A stretch of 64,000 bases of DNA from assembly GCA_018712865.1 (NCBI GenBank), contig DVGH01000034.1:48941-112940 (forward strand), given 5' to 3'. Position 1 is the first letter of the stretch. Every line of letters begins with the position of its first letter. A program made the position numbers and the translations under genes. The notes beneath the pieces are model-generated. The model had not been told where the DNA came from. It saw nothing but the letters and a program-made list of their open reading frames with translations, and made no database searches. Positions 19,176-27,645 of this stretch are shown here, piece after piece. Source of the DNA: Candidatus Scatovicinus merdipullorum (GTDB taxonomy: Bacteria > Bacillota > Clostridia > Oscillospirales > Acutalibacteraceae).

Positions 19176-19557
19176 ATCAGACAAACTCCCTTCCAACTCA
19201 CTGGGATCTTTCCCGCATAGGCAGCCGCTCTTGCCGGCCGCCGGGAAGACGCTACCATTTTTATACTACTATCCATATCTTCACTTTTTACAGGATATTT
19301 TTCCTGCATCTATCTACATATATAATATAAGCATATCTTACGCACGGGGTAAACCTGAAATTTTTGCCTCGGCTTTTTACATATATCGTTTTGCATATAA
19401 AAATACGGTTGTAACATAAGTCAGCCAGCAATTACCCCATAACAGTAATACGTCCGTTTACCAACTCATTCAGAAACGGCAGACCGCCGCTCCCTGTTAC
19501 AACCGCTTCGTCATTCTTATAATTCTTATATATATGTGTATTAGAAACCCGCTCTGG

Positions 19558-20076
19558 TTATGACCAAAGCCCCGCAATCGCATCAGCAATGGATTCAAAC
19601 AGATTGCCGCCGTCTGTCTGAGAGATTTCCGCTTTATCCCCCTGTGAAAGACTTATGTACTCTTTTTGATAATTGTCGGCTCTGGACATCCCCAACTCTT
19701 CTGATGCATACGCCTCTACCACAGATGGGGAAAGCTTGGACTCCACCTTCATCTGCAACTGCGTATACAGGCTTTCCTGATCTGCAAGCTCGCTTGCAGC
19801 GTTGCTGATCTGCTGGTTGAGCTCTGTCAATTGCACCTGTCCATGTACAATCATAACCACAGCGCCGGTGACAATCATGCCCAGCATAAACCCGGTAAAT
19901 AGCTTTGCAGGGTTATATTTACGCCTGCGTATTTTATCCAACTGCTCCTCAGGAATGCTCAGAACATTGTTCTTTCTTCTTCTGTGAATCTGCTTTTTCG
20001 GCTCTTCTATCTCAATCTGTTCGGCTGCTTCAAACAGGCTAATATCATACGCTGCATTTCTCTCTTCAAAAGCCAT
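19558..20076 (-). CDS. ftsL: FtsL-like cell division protein (bitopic, coiled coil)
   Basis: 172 aa: cytoplasmic N-terminus, one TM (LFTGFMLGMIVTGAVVMIV), then a heptad-like QLTELNQQISNAASELADQESLYTQLQ. It lies between rsmH and the PBP. Confidence 0.6.
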   Translation of the reverse strand: MAFEERNAAYDISLFEAAEQIEIEEPKKQIHRRRKNNVLSIPEEQLDKIRRRKYNPAKLFTGFMLGMIVTGAVVMIVHGQVQLTELNQQISNAASELADQESLYTQLQMKVESKLSPSVVEAYASEELGMSRADNYQKEYISLSQGDKAEISQTDGGNLFESIADAIAGLWS

Positions 20077-20371
20077 TCCTTACACCTCTATGTAAAACCC
20101 TTAACATCTATAAATATATAAACGAAGTCGTATTTTTGTATTTTCTTTTCTATGTTTAAACGTATTTTTTATGGAATTTGGGTGGCAAACTGCCTTGTAT
20201 TATTTTTGTAACTTTTTAATTTTTATCTATTTTTTTGCGGCTTGTTAGCCGAACATATGTATGCACAATATGTAGTGTCCCATGCAAAACTTTTTCATTG
20301 AACCACAATATATAGTCTACTACATGTACCTGCTTTTGTCAAAGCTTTTTTTAACAATTTTTACAACTTTG

Positions 20372-21295
20372 TTACAATTTTTCTGCTGCGCGCAGCTTTG
20401 CGCTTCTGCTTCTTGGGTTTTTCTGCAATTCCTGCGCTGATGCCTCCACCGGCTTTTTAAAAATAAGCTTTGCTTTGGGCTTTTTCCCGCAAACGCATAT
20501 GGGAAAATCCTTCGGGCAGGTACATCCCTGGCACCACAAAGCCATACGTTGTTTGACAATGCGGTCCTCCAAGGAATGAAAACTTATCACCGCAAGCCGT
20601 CCGCCTGGTTTTAAAATGGAAAACGCGGCGTCCAGCCCCTGCGAAAGCCTGTCAAGTTCACCGTTGACAGCAATGCGAAGCGCCTGAAACGTTTTCCTCG
20701 CAGGATGCCCGTCTCGCCTTCTGGCCGCGGGCACAGCGCCTTTAATAATTTCAGCAAGCTGCGTGGTCGTTTGTATCGCTTCTTTTTCCCTGGCCTTTAT
20801 AATTGCATCTGCAATCGGTCCTGCAAATTTTTCTTCCCCATAGGTGCGAATAATCTTTGCAAGTTCCCCATACGGCAGAGTGTTCACCAACTCGTACGCC
20901 GTCGTCCCCTGTTGACTCATACGCATATCCAGCGGAGCCTCGTAATGAAAGGAAAATCCACGCTGCGCAGTATCGAGCTGTCTGGAGGAAACCCCTATAT
21001 CCAACAGCACCCCGTCAACGCTTTCAAATCCAAGCGACTGTACAACCGTATCCATCTGACTAAAATTTGCCTGCACTACTTTGGAATTGCCATTTCCAAA
21101 AAACCTCTTTGTTACTGCTTCAATGGCATCGGGATCCTGGTCAATAGAAATCAGCGTCCCGGTTTTCAGCCTTTTCAAAATCTCAGCTGAATGGCCGCCT
21201 CCTCCCGCCGTGCCGTCCACGTAAACCCCATTTGGTTTTATGGCAAGCGCCTCTATGGTTTCGGCAAGCAGCACCGGCATATGGGAAAACTCCAT
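20372..21295 (-). CDS. rsmH: 16S rRNA (cytosine1402-N4)-methyltransferase
   Basis: HMPVLL..., DGTAGGGGHS, DLGVSS, SFHSLEDR. Start at ATG 21295 behind GGAGG. Confidence 0.93.
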   Translation of the reverse strand: MEFSHMPVLLAETIEALAIKPNGVYVDGTAGGGGHSAEILKRLKTGTLISIDQDPDAIEAVTKRFFGNGNSKVVQANFSQMDTVVQSLGFESVDGVLLDIGVSSRQLDTAQRGFSFHYEAPLDMRMSQQGTTAYELVNTLPYGELAKIIRTYGEEKFAGPIADAIIKAREKEAIQTTTQLAEIIKGAVPAARRRDGHPARKTFQALRIAVNGELDRLSQGLDAAFSILKPGGRLAVISFHSLEDRIVKQRMALWCQGCTCPKDFPICVCGKKPKAKLIFKKPVEASAQELQKNPRSRSAKLRAAEKL

Positions 21296-21314
21296 CGGTA
21301 CGACCTCCGTCACG

Positions 21315-21749
21315 CTAAATCATTTCCAGCAAAGCAACAATATCCTCGCTTGCCTGGCGATCCAGGTAATTTTCCCAGTTTTCCCGGTTCCAAATTTCCA
21401 CCCTTGTACCGCAGCCAATAATCACGGCCTCTTTTTCCAGACAGGCATGCTGCCGTAAATGATCCGGGATCAGGATTCTTCCCTGTGCGTTCGGTTCAGA
21501 AACGTCTGCTCCCGCACAGAAATACCTGTACAGCCCTGTTGCCTTTGAAACCGGCAAAGCGCTGATTTTTGCCAGAAACTCTTCCCATTTTGCAAGGGAA
21601 AGCACCTGTAGACAGCCTTTTCCTTCCTCAGGTCCCGTATGGATCCCTTTTGTGACATAGAAAGTCTCGCCAAGCTCCTCACGAAACTTTGCGGGCATAA
21701 TAATGCGGCCTTTCGCATCTATGTTATGTTGGTAAGTCCCAATAAACAT
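21315..21749 (-). CDS. mraZ: Transcriptional regulator MraZ
   Basis: MFIGTYQHNIDAKGRIIMPAKFR... plus a second DxxGR-type repeat (NAQGRILIP). 144 aa, first gene of the dcw cluster. Confidence 0.93.
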   Translation of the reverse strand: MFIGTYQHNIDAKGRIIMPAKFREELGETFYVTKGIHTGPEEGKGCLQVLSLAKWEEFLAKISALPVSKATGLYRYFCAGADVSEPNAQGRILIPDHLRQHACLEKEAVIIGCGTRVEIWNRENWENYLDRQASEDIVALLEMI

Positions 21750-21782
21750 ACCATCACTTCCATGTCATCCGTGCATATTGCA

Positions 21783-21819
21783 GTGCTATTGTGTGCCACA
21801 AAATGGTCTAAAGTGCCAC
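21783..21819 (-). promoter_or_regulatory. Candidate MraZ operator (phased GTGGCAC-type direct repeats)
   Basis: Minus strand: AAAGTGGCAC, then 20 bp later (start to start) TTTGTGGCAC, then 10 bp later a degenerate ATAGCAC. All lie between the -10 box and the mraZ start. Confidence 0.45.
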
Positions 21820-21830
21820 TTTGTGTTTCA

Positions 21831-21859
21831 ATTATAGACGATTGATTTGGAAATTGCAA
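21831..21859 (-). promoter_or_regulatory. Sigma-A-type promoter of the dcw cluster (Pmra)
   Basis: Minus strand TTGCAA-17 bp-TATAAT, about 80 nt upstream of the mraZ ATG. Confidence 0.6.
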
Positions 21860-21981
21860 TATGTTTTTTAAAAAAGATATGCCAAAAAGCACATTTTTTC
21901 TGATTTTTTATGTGTTTTTTCGTTTTCTCCCGTTTTTCCGGTCTTTTTCCCCCCGGCAGTTCTGTCTCTGCACTTGAAAAC

Positions 21982-22015
21982 AAAAAACGGCAGGTGGAAC
22001 CCACCTGCCGTTTTT
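21982..22015 (-). terminator. Rho-independent terminator after the coiled-coil protein gene (symmetric, A-run/T-run flanked)
   Basis: AACGGCAGGTGG-aac-CCACCTGCCGTT, a 12-bp perfect stem flanked by AAAAAA and TTTTT. Confidence 0.85.
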
Positions 22016-22052
22016 ATTGTTGAATAGACCTGTTATCAAAAACTTTTTCTCT

Positions 22053-22514
22053 TCAGTTTCCCGTACGCTGGCTTGCTTTCAAGCTTTGTCTTGTCTTCTT
22101 AATTTCGTTTGCCTGCGCTGTCATCAACTCATCTGTTTTACGCATAAGCTCTTCTACATATTCGTTGGCGGCCTTTCTGATCTCCTTGGCCTTCAGCTTT
22201 GCGTCAGAAATAATCTCGTTTGCCTCCTGCTGTGCCTGGCGCACAATTTCATTCTGATTGACAAGTGTCTTTTTCCGCTCCTCGGCAGAACGCACAATGC
22301 TTTCGCCTTCCTTTTTTGCGTCTGCAATGATTTGCGCCCGATCTGCAACAATCGCCTTTGCCTGCCTTACCTCCTGCGGAAGCGTTTCCTCAATGTCATC
22401 CAGAATTTCCTTAACATGCTCCGCGTCTATTACGGACTTCCCCCCGGAAAGCGGCAGGGTTTTTGCATCGTCAATAACCTCTCTTAATTCAATAATCAAA
22501 TCTTCAACCTTCAT
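22053..22514 (-). CDS. Coiled-coil protein of unknown function (ATP synthase b-subunit-like heptads)
   Basis: 153 aa, Lys/Glu/Ala-rich helical sequence (...QAKAIVADRAQIIADAKKEGESIVRSAEERKK...). Start at ATG 22514 behind GAAAGGAA. Confidence 0.6.
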   Translation of the reverse strand: MKVEDLIIELREVIDDAKTLPLSGGKSVIDAEHVKEILDDIEETLPQEVRQAKAIVADRAQIIADAKKEGESIVRSAEERKKTLVNQNEIVRQAQQEANEIISDAKLKAKEIRKAANEYVEELMRKTDELMTAQANEIKKTRQSLKASQRTGN

Positions 22515-22595
22515 TATACACTCATTCCTTTCTCTTGATTCCCTAAATACTGAACTAAAACTAAAGCTTGGCACACATTAGCATAAAGCACATAT

Positions 22596-23081
22596 TTATT
22601 TGGAATAGAGTCTTTCCTTGATTTCGTCATGAATACACTCGGGTACAAAGTTGGTAATATCGCCCCCCAGGCTTGCAACCTGCTTTACAATGCTGGAGCT
22701 TAAATACATGTTTTCTGCGCTGGAAGTTAAAAAAACCGTTTCCAAATTGGGGTTTAACTTTTTATTGGTAAGAGACATCTGAAACTCGTATTCAAAATCA
22801 GAAACAGCCCGCAGGCCCTTCACTACGGCAATTGCACCCCTCTGCTTTGCATATTCCGCCAAAAGGCCGTCAAAGCTTACAACTTCTATATTTTCTATAC
22901 CCTTTGTCGCTTTCTTCAGAAGATACATTCGTTCTTCAATCGCAAAGCTGGGTTGTTTTGCAAGATTTGTCAGCACCGCCACAATCACATGATCAAACAT
23001 CTTTGCAGCTCTGCCAATAATATCGACATGGCCCAAAGTCACCGGGTCAAAACTGCCTGGGCAGATTACGGTTCTTTTCAT
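22596..23081 (-). CDS. coaD: Phosphopantetheine adenylyltransferase
   Basis: CPGSFDPVTLGHVDII (HxGH nucleotidyltransferase motif). 161 aa. ATGA overlap with rsmD. Confidence 0.93.
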   Translation of the reverse strand: MKRTVICPGSFDPVTLGHVDIIGRAAKMFDHVIVAVLTNLAKQPSFAIEERMYLLKKATKGIENIEVVSFDGLLAEYAKQRGAIAVVKGLRAVSDFEYEFQMSLTNKKLNPNLETVFLTSSAENMYLSSSIVKQVASLGGDITNFVPECIHDEIKERLYSK

Positions 23082-23626
23082 CCGACCACATCCTTATGAC
23101 AATATGTGTTAATTTTTATTTTACCATAGCGATAGCTCCTGTCAAGCACAAAATCACCAATTTTCTGTGGTAAATCTTCATTTTGTGGACTTTCACATAT
23201 AATCAAACCGCCCCGATTCATTATTTCGGCAACCATTGGCAACGCTTTTTGCAGCAGGCCACTGTAATACGGAGGGTCCAAGAAAGCCAGGTCATAAACA
23301 TCGCGGCATTGCCGCAAATAAGCAAGCGCGTCTGCCAGTACCACCTCTGCATCTTTTTTAAGGCCTGTATTTTCCAGATTTTTCTTTACCGTTTCTATGC
23401 TTTCACGCCTTGCATCTACAAAAACACTTTTTCTGGCGCCACGGCTAAGGGCTTCAATCCCCATTTGCCCAGACCCTGCAAAAAGGTCCAAAAAGCTTCT
23501 GCCTTCTATTTGAAACTGTATCACGCTGAAAACCGCCTCTTTCACGCGCTCCGGCGTTGGCCGGACCTCTTCTCCTCCCAGCGTCAGCAGTTTTCTTCCT
23601 CTTGCGCTTCCGGTAATGACTCTCAT
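23078..23626 (-). CDS. rsmD: 16S rRNA (guanine966-N2)-methyltransferase
   Basis: MRVITGSARGRKL...RPTPERVKEAVF, DLFAGSG, and the DPPY motif (FLDPPY). Confidence 0.9.
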   Translation of the reverse strand: MRVITGSARGRKLLTLGGEEVRPTPERVKEAVFSVIQFQIEGRSFLDLFAGSGQMGIEALSRGARKSVFVDARRESIETVKKNLENTGLKKDAEVVLADALAYLRQCRDVYDLAFLDPPYYSGLLQKALPMVAEIMNRGGLIICESPQNEDLPQKIGDFVLDRSYRYGKIKINTYCHKDVVG

Positions 23627-23734
23627 AAACCTTTATCCTTCCGTTTTATCGTACATGTCAAATCCAGTATGTCTTTCTATTTCATGATGCTTTTACACTT
23701 TCTTATCCCATAGTACCGTACCTTGCTTTATGTG

Positions 23735-25561
23735 TCAACCGTGAAAATGGTTGTACACCGCCTGTGCCGAAGCCTTATTCATGGAAGGCGCCGCAAGCAG
23801 CTCCTGCAGATCTGCCATCTCTATATTTTTAATCGTACCAAAATGGCGCAGCAACGCCTTTGCACGTGCAGGCCCAATCGTTTCAATTTCTGTAAGCGAG
23901 CTTTTAAACGCATTTTTGCTGCGCTTCTGCCTGTGGTAACCGATTGCAAATCGGTGTACCTCTTCCTGAATCGCGGAAACAAGTGAAAACGCCCGCCTGT
24001 TGGACTGAATCGCAATCTCTCCACCGTCGCCTGTAATCGCGCGGGTCCGGTGCCTATCGTCCTTTACCATACCGTACAGCGGCACCTGTATCCCCATCTG
24101 GCGTAAAACAGGTTCAACCGCTGAAACATGCCCCTTGCCTCCGTCAAGCAAAATCAGGTCGGGCAGCCTTCCAAAGCCCTCTCCGCTTTCCTGCGCCTTG
24201 TTATACTCCTCAAAACGCCGGCGGATGACTTCGCACATAGAGCCATAATCGTCCTGCCCTGCAATTTCTTGAATTTTAAATTTCCGATAGGCGCTTTTAA
24301 GAGGACGTCCATTTTCAAACACAACCATTCCTGCAACATTTTCATTTCCCGCAAGATTGGATATGTCGTATGCTTCAATGTATGCAGGCACGCTGGAAAG
24401 ACCCAAAATAGAGGCAAGCTCATCCAGCGCAGAAGCTTCGCGCCCACTGCTCCCCTTCATCTGCCCAATTCGTTCCGCCGCGTTATTTTTGCACATGGTC
24501 ACAAGCCGCATTTGTTCGCCCTTTTGCGGTATCACCATCCGCACACGGCGTCCGGCCTTTTGTGAAAGCCACTGTTCCAGCGTTTCCCCGTCTTCGCAGC
24601 TTCCGTCAAGCGTAATCTGCCCGGGAACCCATTCTCGCATAGAATAATACTGTACAATAAATTCCGCGCGCGCCTGCACCGGGTCCCCAATATCAGAAAT
24701 GATAAAATGCTCCCGGTCAAAAAGCTTTCGATCCTTAAACCGGAAAACCTCAAAACAGCCGGTGGTTCCGTTGCGTACAAGCGCAATGACATCCTGGTCG
24801 CGCACCTTAGTGGCAACAACCTTTTGTCTTTCCTGCATACGCCGTACCGCTGCAATGCGGTCACGGATTTTTGCCGCACGCTCATATTCCATACTTTCTG
24901 CGGCACGGTTCATTTTTTCTGTCAGGTCCCTAATAGAAAGGCTGTTTCCTCCCTTAAGGAACTCCACGGCCTCCGCAACATATTCATTATACTCTTTATT
25001 GGACACCTTCCCCGTGCATGGAGCACAGCACTGCTTAATATGATAATTCAGGCAGGGCCTTCCCTTCCCAAACTCTTGCGGGAACTTCCTGGTGCAGTCC
25101 GGGAGCTTAAAAATCTTTCTTGCTTCGTCTACTGCGTTTTTTACATAATAGCCGCTGTTATACGGGCCTATATATTCGGCGTTTTTGTCAGACGCCTGTT
25201 TGGATTCCGATATTCTCGGCCATTCTTCCTTTGTAATTTTAATATAGCTATACCCCTTGTCGTCCTTCAGTAAAATGTTATATTTGGGCGTGTATTGCTT
25301 GATCAGGCTGCATTCCAAAATCAGCGCTTCAAATTCGCTGTCCGTTATAATATAGTCAAAATCCTGCACCTGCGCCACCATCCGCCTGACCTTTTCCTGG
25401 TGATTTTTCTGCGACCCAAAATAGGAACTCACCCGGTTTTTCAGCGCTTTGGCCTTGCCGATATAAATTATCTTTCCACTTTTATCACGCATCATGTATA
25501 CGCCTGGCAGCAGCGGCAGACGCATGGATTTTTTACGCAATTTCTCTATATTCTCATTCAC
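23735..25561 (-). CDS. uvrC: Excinuclease ABC subunit C
   Basis: GIY-YIG N-terminus (GVYMMRDKSGKIIYIGKAKAL), UVR domain, RNase H-like endonuclease domain, C-terminal (HhH)2. 608 aa. Confidence 0.95.
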   Translation of the reverse strand: MNENIEKLRKKSMRLPLLPGVYMMRDKSGKIIYIGKAKALKNRVSSYFGSQKNHQEKVRRMVAQVQDFDYIITDSEFEALILECSLIKQYTPKYNILLKDDKGYSYIKITKEEWPRISESKQASDKNAEYIGPYNSGYYVKNAVDEARKIFKLPDCTRKFPQEFGKGRPCLNYHIKQCCAPCTGKVSNKEYNEYVAEAVEFLKGGNSLSIRDLTEKMNRAAESMEYERAAKIRDRIAAVRRMQERQKVVATKVRDQDVIALVRNGTTGCFEVFRFKDRKLFDREHFIISDIGDPVQARAEFIVQYYSMREWVPGQITLDGSCEDGETLEQWLSQKAGRRVRMVIPQKGEQMRLVTMCKNNAAERIGQMKGSSGREASALDELASILGLSSVPAYIEAYDISNLAGNENVAGMVVFENGRPLKSAYRKFKIQEIAGQDDYGSMCEVIRRRFEEYNKAQESGEGFGRLPDLILLDGGKGHVSAVEPVLRQMGIQVPLYGMVKDDRHRTRAITGDGGEIAIQSNRRAFSLVSAIQEEVHRFAIGYHRQKRSKNAFKSSLTEIETIGPARAKALLRHFGTIKNIEMADLQELLAAPSMNKASAQAVYNHFHG

Positions 25562-25611
25562 GCCGTTTCACCGGTCTTTCTTTTTTAAATCGACATTTTT
25601 TTCATCATAAC

Positions 25612-25640
25612 AAAAAAACGGGCGGAGTACAACTCCGCCC
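25612..25640 (-). terminator. Rho-independent terminator downstream of ptsH
   Basis: Minus strand GGGCGGAG-ttgta-CTCCGCCC followed by GTTTTTTTG. Confidence 0.8.
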
Positions 25641-25663
25641 ACAAACTTTTGCCTGTTTTCCAA

Positions 25664-25927
25664 TTATTCTGCAAACCCGGACTCAACAAGCTTTACCAGA
25701 TCATTTACAGCGCCCTGTTCATCTGCGCCGTCTGCAATAATCCGGATGGAAGTCCCCCCAACAATACCAAGTGAAAGAACGCCCAAAAGGCTCTTTGCGT
25801 TTACTCTTCTTTCTTCCTTTTCAACCCAGATAGAAGATTTATACTCGTTGGCTTTCTGAATAAAGAAAGTTGCCGGGCGCGCGTGAAGACCTACCTGATT
25901 TTGAACTTCTACATCTTTTACAAACAT
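25664..25927 (-). CDS. ptsH: Phosphocarrier protein HPr
   Basis: His15 context GLHARPA and Ser46 context NAKSLLGVLSLG. 87 aa. Start at ATG 25927 behind GGAGAGGG. Confidence 0.92.
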   Translation of the reverse strand: MFVKDVEVQNQVGLHARPATFFIQKANEYKSSIWVEKEERRVNAKSLLGVLSLGIVGGTSIRIIADGADEQGAVNDLVKLVESGFAE

Positions 25928-26035
25928 AATTGAACCCTCTCCTACATACATAAATTTCATTTAAGCTATAAACCTATTTGCATGTAATGCCAAAAGCGTT
26001 TCCCAAACAAAAACTTCCTCTTATGAATAATTAGT

Positions 26036-26063
26036 ATTATAACACAAAGAAAACTACCGTCAA
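26036..26063 (-). promoter_or_regulatory. Sigma-A-type promoter of ptsH
   Basis: Minus strand TTGACG-16 bp-TGtTATAAT. Confidence 0.6.
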
Positions 26064-26191
26064 CATTATTTTTCTATTTTCGGATTGATGAACGATTTGC
26101 CGACGAACACCGCCGCGCTTTCTTGTATAACTTTGCCAAAAAGTATTGCAATTTTTGTTTCAGACATACAGTATTTATTTCCATAAAAAAT

Positions 26192-26938
26192 TTATTCGTC
26201 AATTTCCCCCGCTGTTTCATTTAAAAACTGCCTATCCTCGAACGAAAGCTGCGCCTGCGCAAGCAGGTCGGGACGAAGCTGCCTGGTACGCAGCAAAGAC
26301 TGCTGCCTCCGCCATTTTTCAATATTTGCATGATGGCCGGAAAGCAGTACCTGCGGTGTTTCCCGTTCGCGCCAGACCGCCGGGCGCGTATATTGCGGAT
26401 ATTCCAACAGCCCGCCAAAATGGCTTTCCTCTTCAAAGCAAAGGTCATCTGATAAAACGCCGGGTACCATTCGGCTTACAGCGTCTGCAAGAACCAGCGC
26501 CGGAAGCTCGCCGCCGGTAAGAACATAATCGCCTATGGATATCTGTTCATCTACGTATGCATCGATCACACGCTGATCGACCCCCTCATAATGGCCGCAA
26601 AGTATACAGATAGTATCATACCGCGACAGCTCCTTTATTCTTTGCTGTGTAAGAACTTTTCCCTGCGGAGACATATAGATAAAATGCGGCTTTTTTCCAA
26701 GAATTTTGCAAATATTCTCAAAGCAAAGCGCAACAGGCTGCGCCATTAACAGCATACCCATCCCACCGCCATACGGTGCATCATCCACACGGTTGTGTTT
26801 ATTAAAGGCAAAATCGCGCAGCTGGTGGCACACAACTTCAAGCGCGCCACGCTGCCTTGCCCGTCCAATAATGCTTTCTGCCATAACCGCCTCACACATT
26901 TCGGGGAACAGCGTAATCAGGTCAATCCGCATCTTCAA
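26192..26938 (-). CDS. trmD: tRNA (guanine37-N1)-methyltransferase
   Basis: MRIDLITLFPEM..., DDAPYGGGMGML, GHYEGVDQR. It overlaps the rimM end by 17 nt. Confidence 0.95.
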   Translation of the reverse strand: MKMRIDLITLFPEMCEAVMAESIIGRARQRGALEVVCHQLRDFAFNKHNRVDDAPYGGGMGMLLMAQPVALCFENICKILGKKPHFIYMSPQGKVLTQQRIKELSRYDTICILCGHYEGVDQRVIDAYVDEQISIGDYVLTGGELPALVLADAVSRMVPGVLSDDLCFEEESHFGGLLEYPQYTRPAVWRERETPQVLLSGHHANIEKWRRQQSLLRTRQLRPDLLAQAQLSFEDRQFLNETAGEIDE

Positions 26939-27434
26939 AAAGTCCTTTCATTGGTTTAATCAGCACAACGCCGCCTTCAATATCTGTTTTTTTGATAATC
27001 TGATCAATTACCGGCAAAAGAAATTCTTTTTTTTCATTGTCCGTTACTTGGTACACATCGTTCGCACCAGTTTTAAACACATCCGTTATAACGCCATATT
27101 CTTTGCCACTATCAACATCAAGCACACGAAGTCCAATGATGTCCTGTATAAAGTACACATCTTCTTCCAGCGCAACATCGTTTCTGTCCATATACAAAAC
27201 TTTTCCCCGCATAAGGTCTGCCTGTTCCACCGTGTCTATCCCTTCCGCTTTCATAATGGCCATACGCTTATGTGCGCGGGAACAGACAGACAGCTTTTTA
27301 CCCCCTTCTTGCAAATACAGCGTTTGAAACATGCAAAAAAAGGCCGGCGTATCACACCAAGGCTCTACCCGCATTTCGCCCTTTAGCCCATGTGTTCCAA
27401 CAATTTTGCCGATTTCCAAATATCTCTTGCGCAT
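26922..27434 (-). CDS. rimM: 16S rRNA processing protein RimM
   Basis: LEIGKIVGTHGLKGEMRV... N-terminal beta-barrel and PRC-barrel C-terminus. Lies upstream of trmD. Confidence 0.9.
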   Translation of the reverse strand: MRKRYLEIGKIVGTHGLKGEMRVEPWCDTPAFFCMFQTLYLQEGGKKLSVCSRAHKRMAIMKAEGIDTVEQADLMRGKVLYMDRNDVALEEDVYFIQDIIGLRVLDVDSGKEYGVITDVFKTGANDVYQVTDNEKKEFLLPVIDQIIKKTDIEGGVVLIKPMKGLFEDAD

Positions 27435-27474
27435 GCCGCTCTCCTTTTTTCTCTTTTTATTTTATCTTCCGTTG

Positions 27475-27503
27475 ATTGTATCATATCCTGGTTACTTTTG
27501 CAA
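27475..27503 (-). promoter_or_regulatory. Sigma-A-type promoter of rimM-trmD
   Basis: Minus strand TTGCAA-17 bp-TGaTACAAT, about 40 nt upstream of the rimM ATG. rpsP is not upstream here. Confidence 0.6.
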
Positions 27504-27528
27504 AAAGCAGAGCGCGTCAGCGCCCTGC
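27502..27528 (-). terminator. Candidate terminator after the hypothetical membrane protein gene
   Basis: Minus strand GCAGGGCGC-tgac-GCGCTCTGC (one mismatch) followed by TTTTTG. Confidence 0.55.
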
Positions 27529-27645
27529 CCTCATCTTAATATACTAAAACAAAGCTTTGTCGGTTACAATCTTTCTGTATGCGTTTGGGAGCCTTTTCTA
27601 TACAACCACCATTGATCCGCATTTCTGCAAGTCTTTCTGCTTTTT

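Noticed and set aside
19231-19419. 62-aa plus-strand ORF in the ftsL-PBP spacer, and the 79-aa minus-strand ORF 20320..20559 in the rsmH-ftsL spacer
   Set aside because: They have no Shine-Dalgarno sequence. The first is on the wrong strand relative to the operon, and the second overlaps the rsmH 3' end out of frame. Their composition is consistent with chance ORFs in AT-rich DNA.
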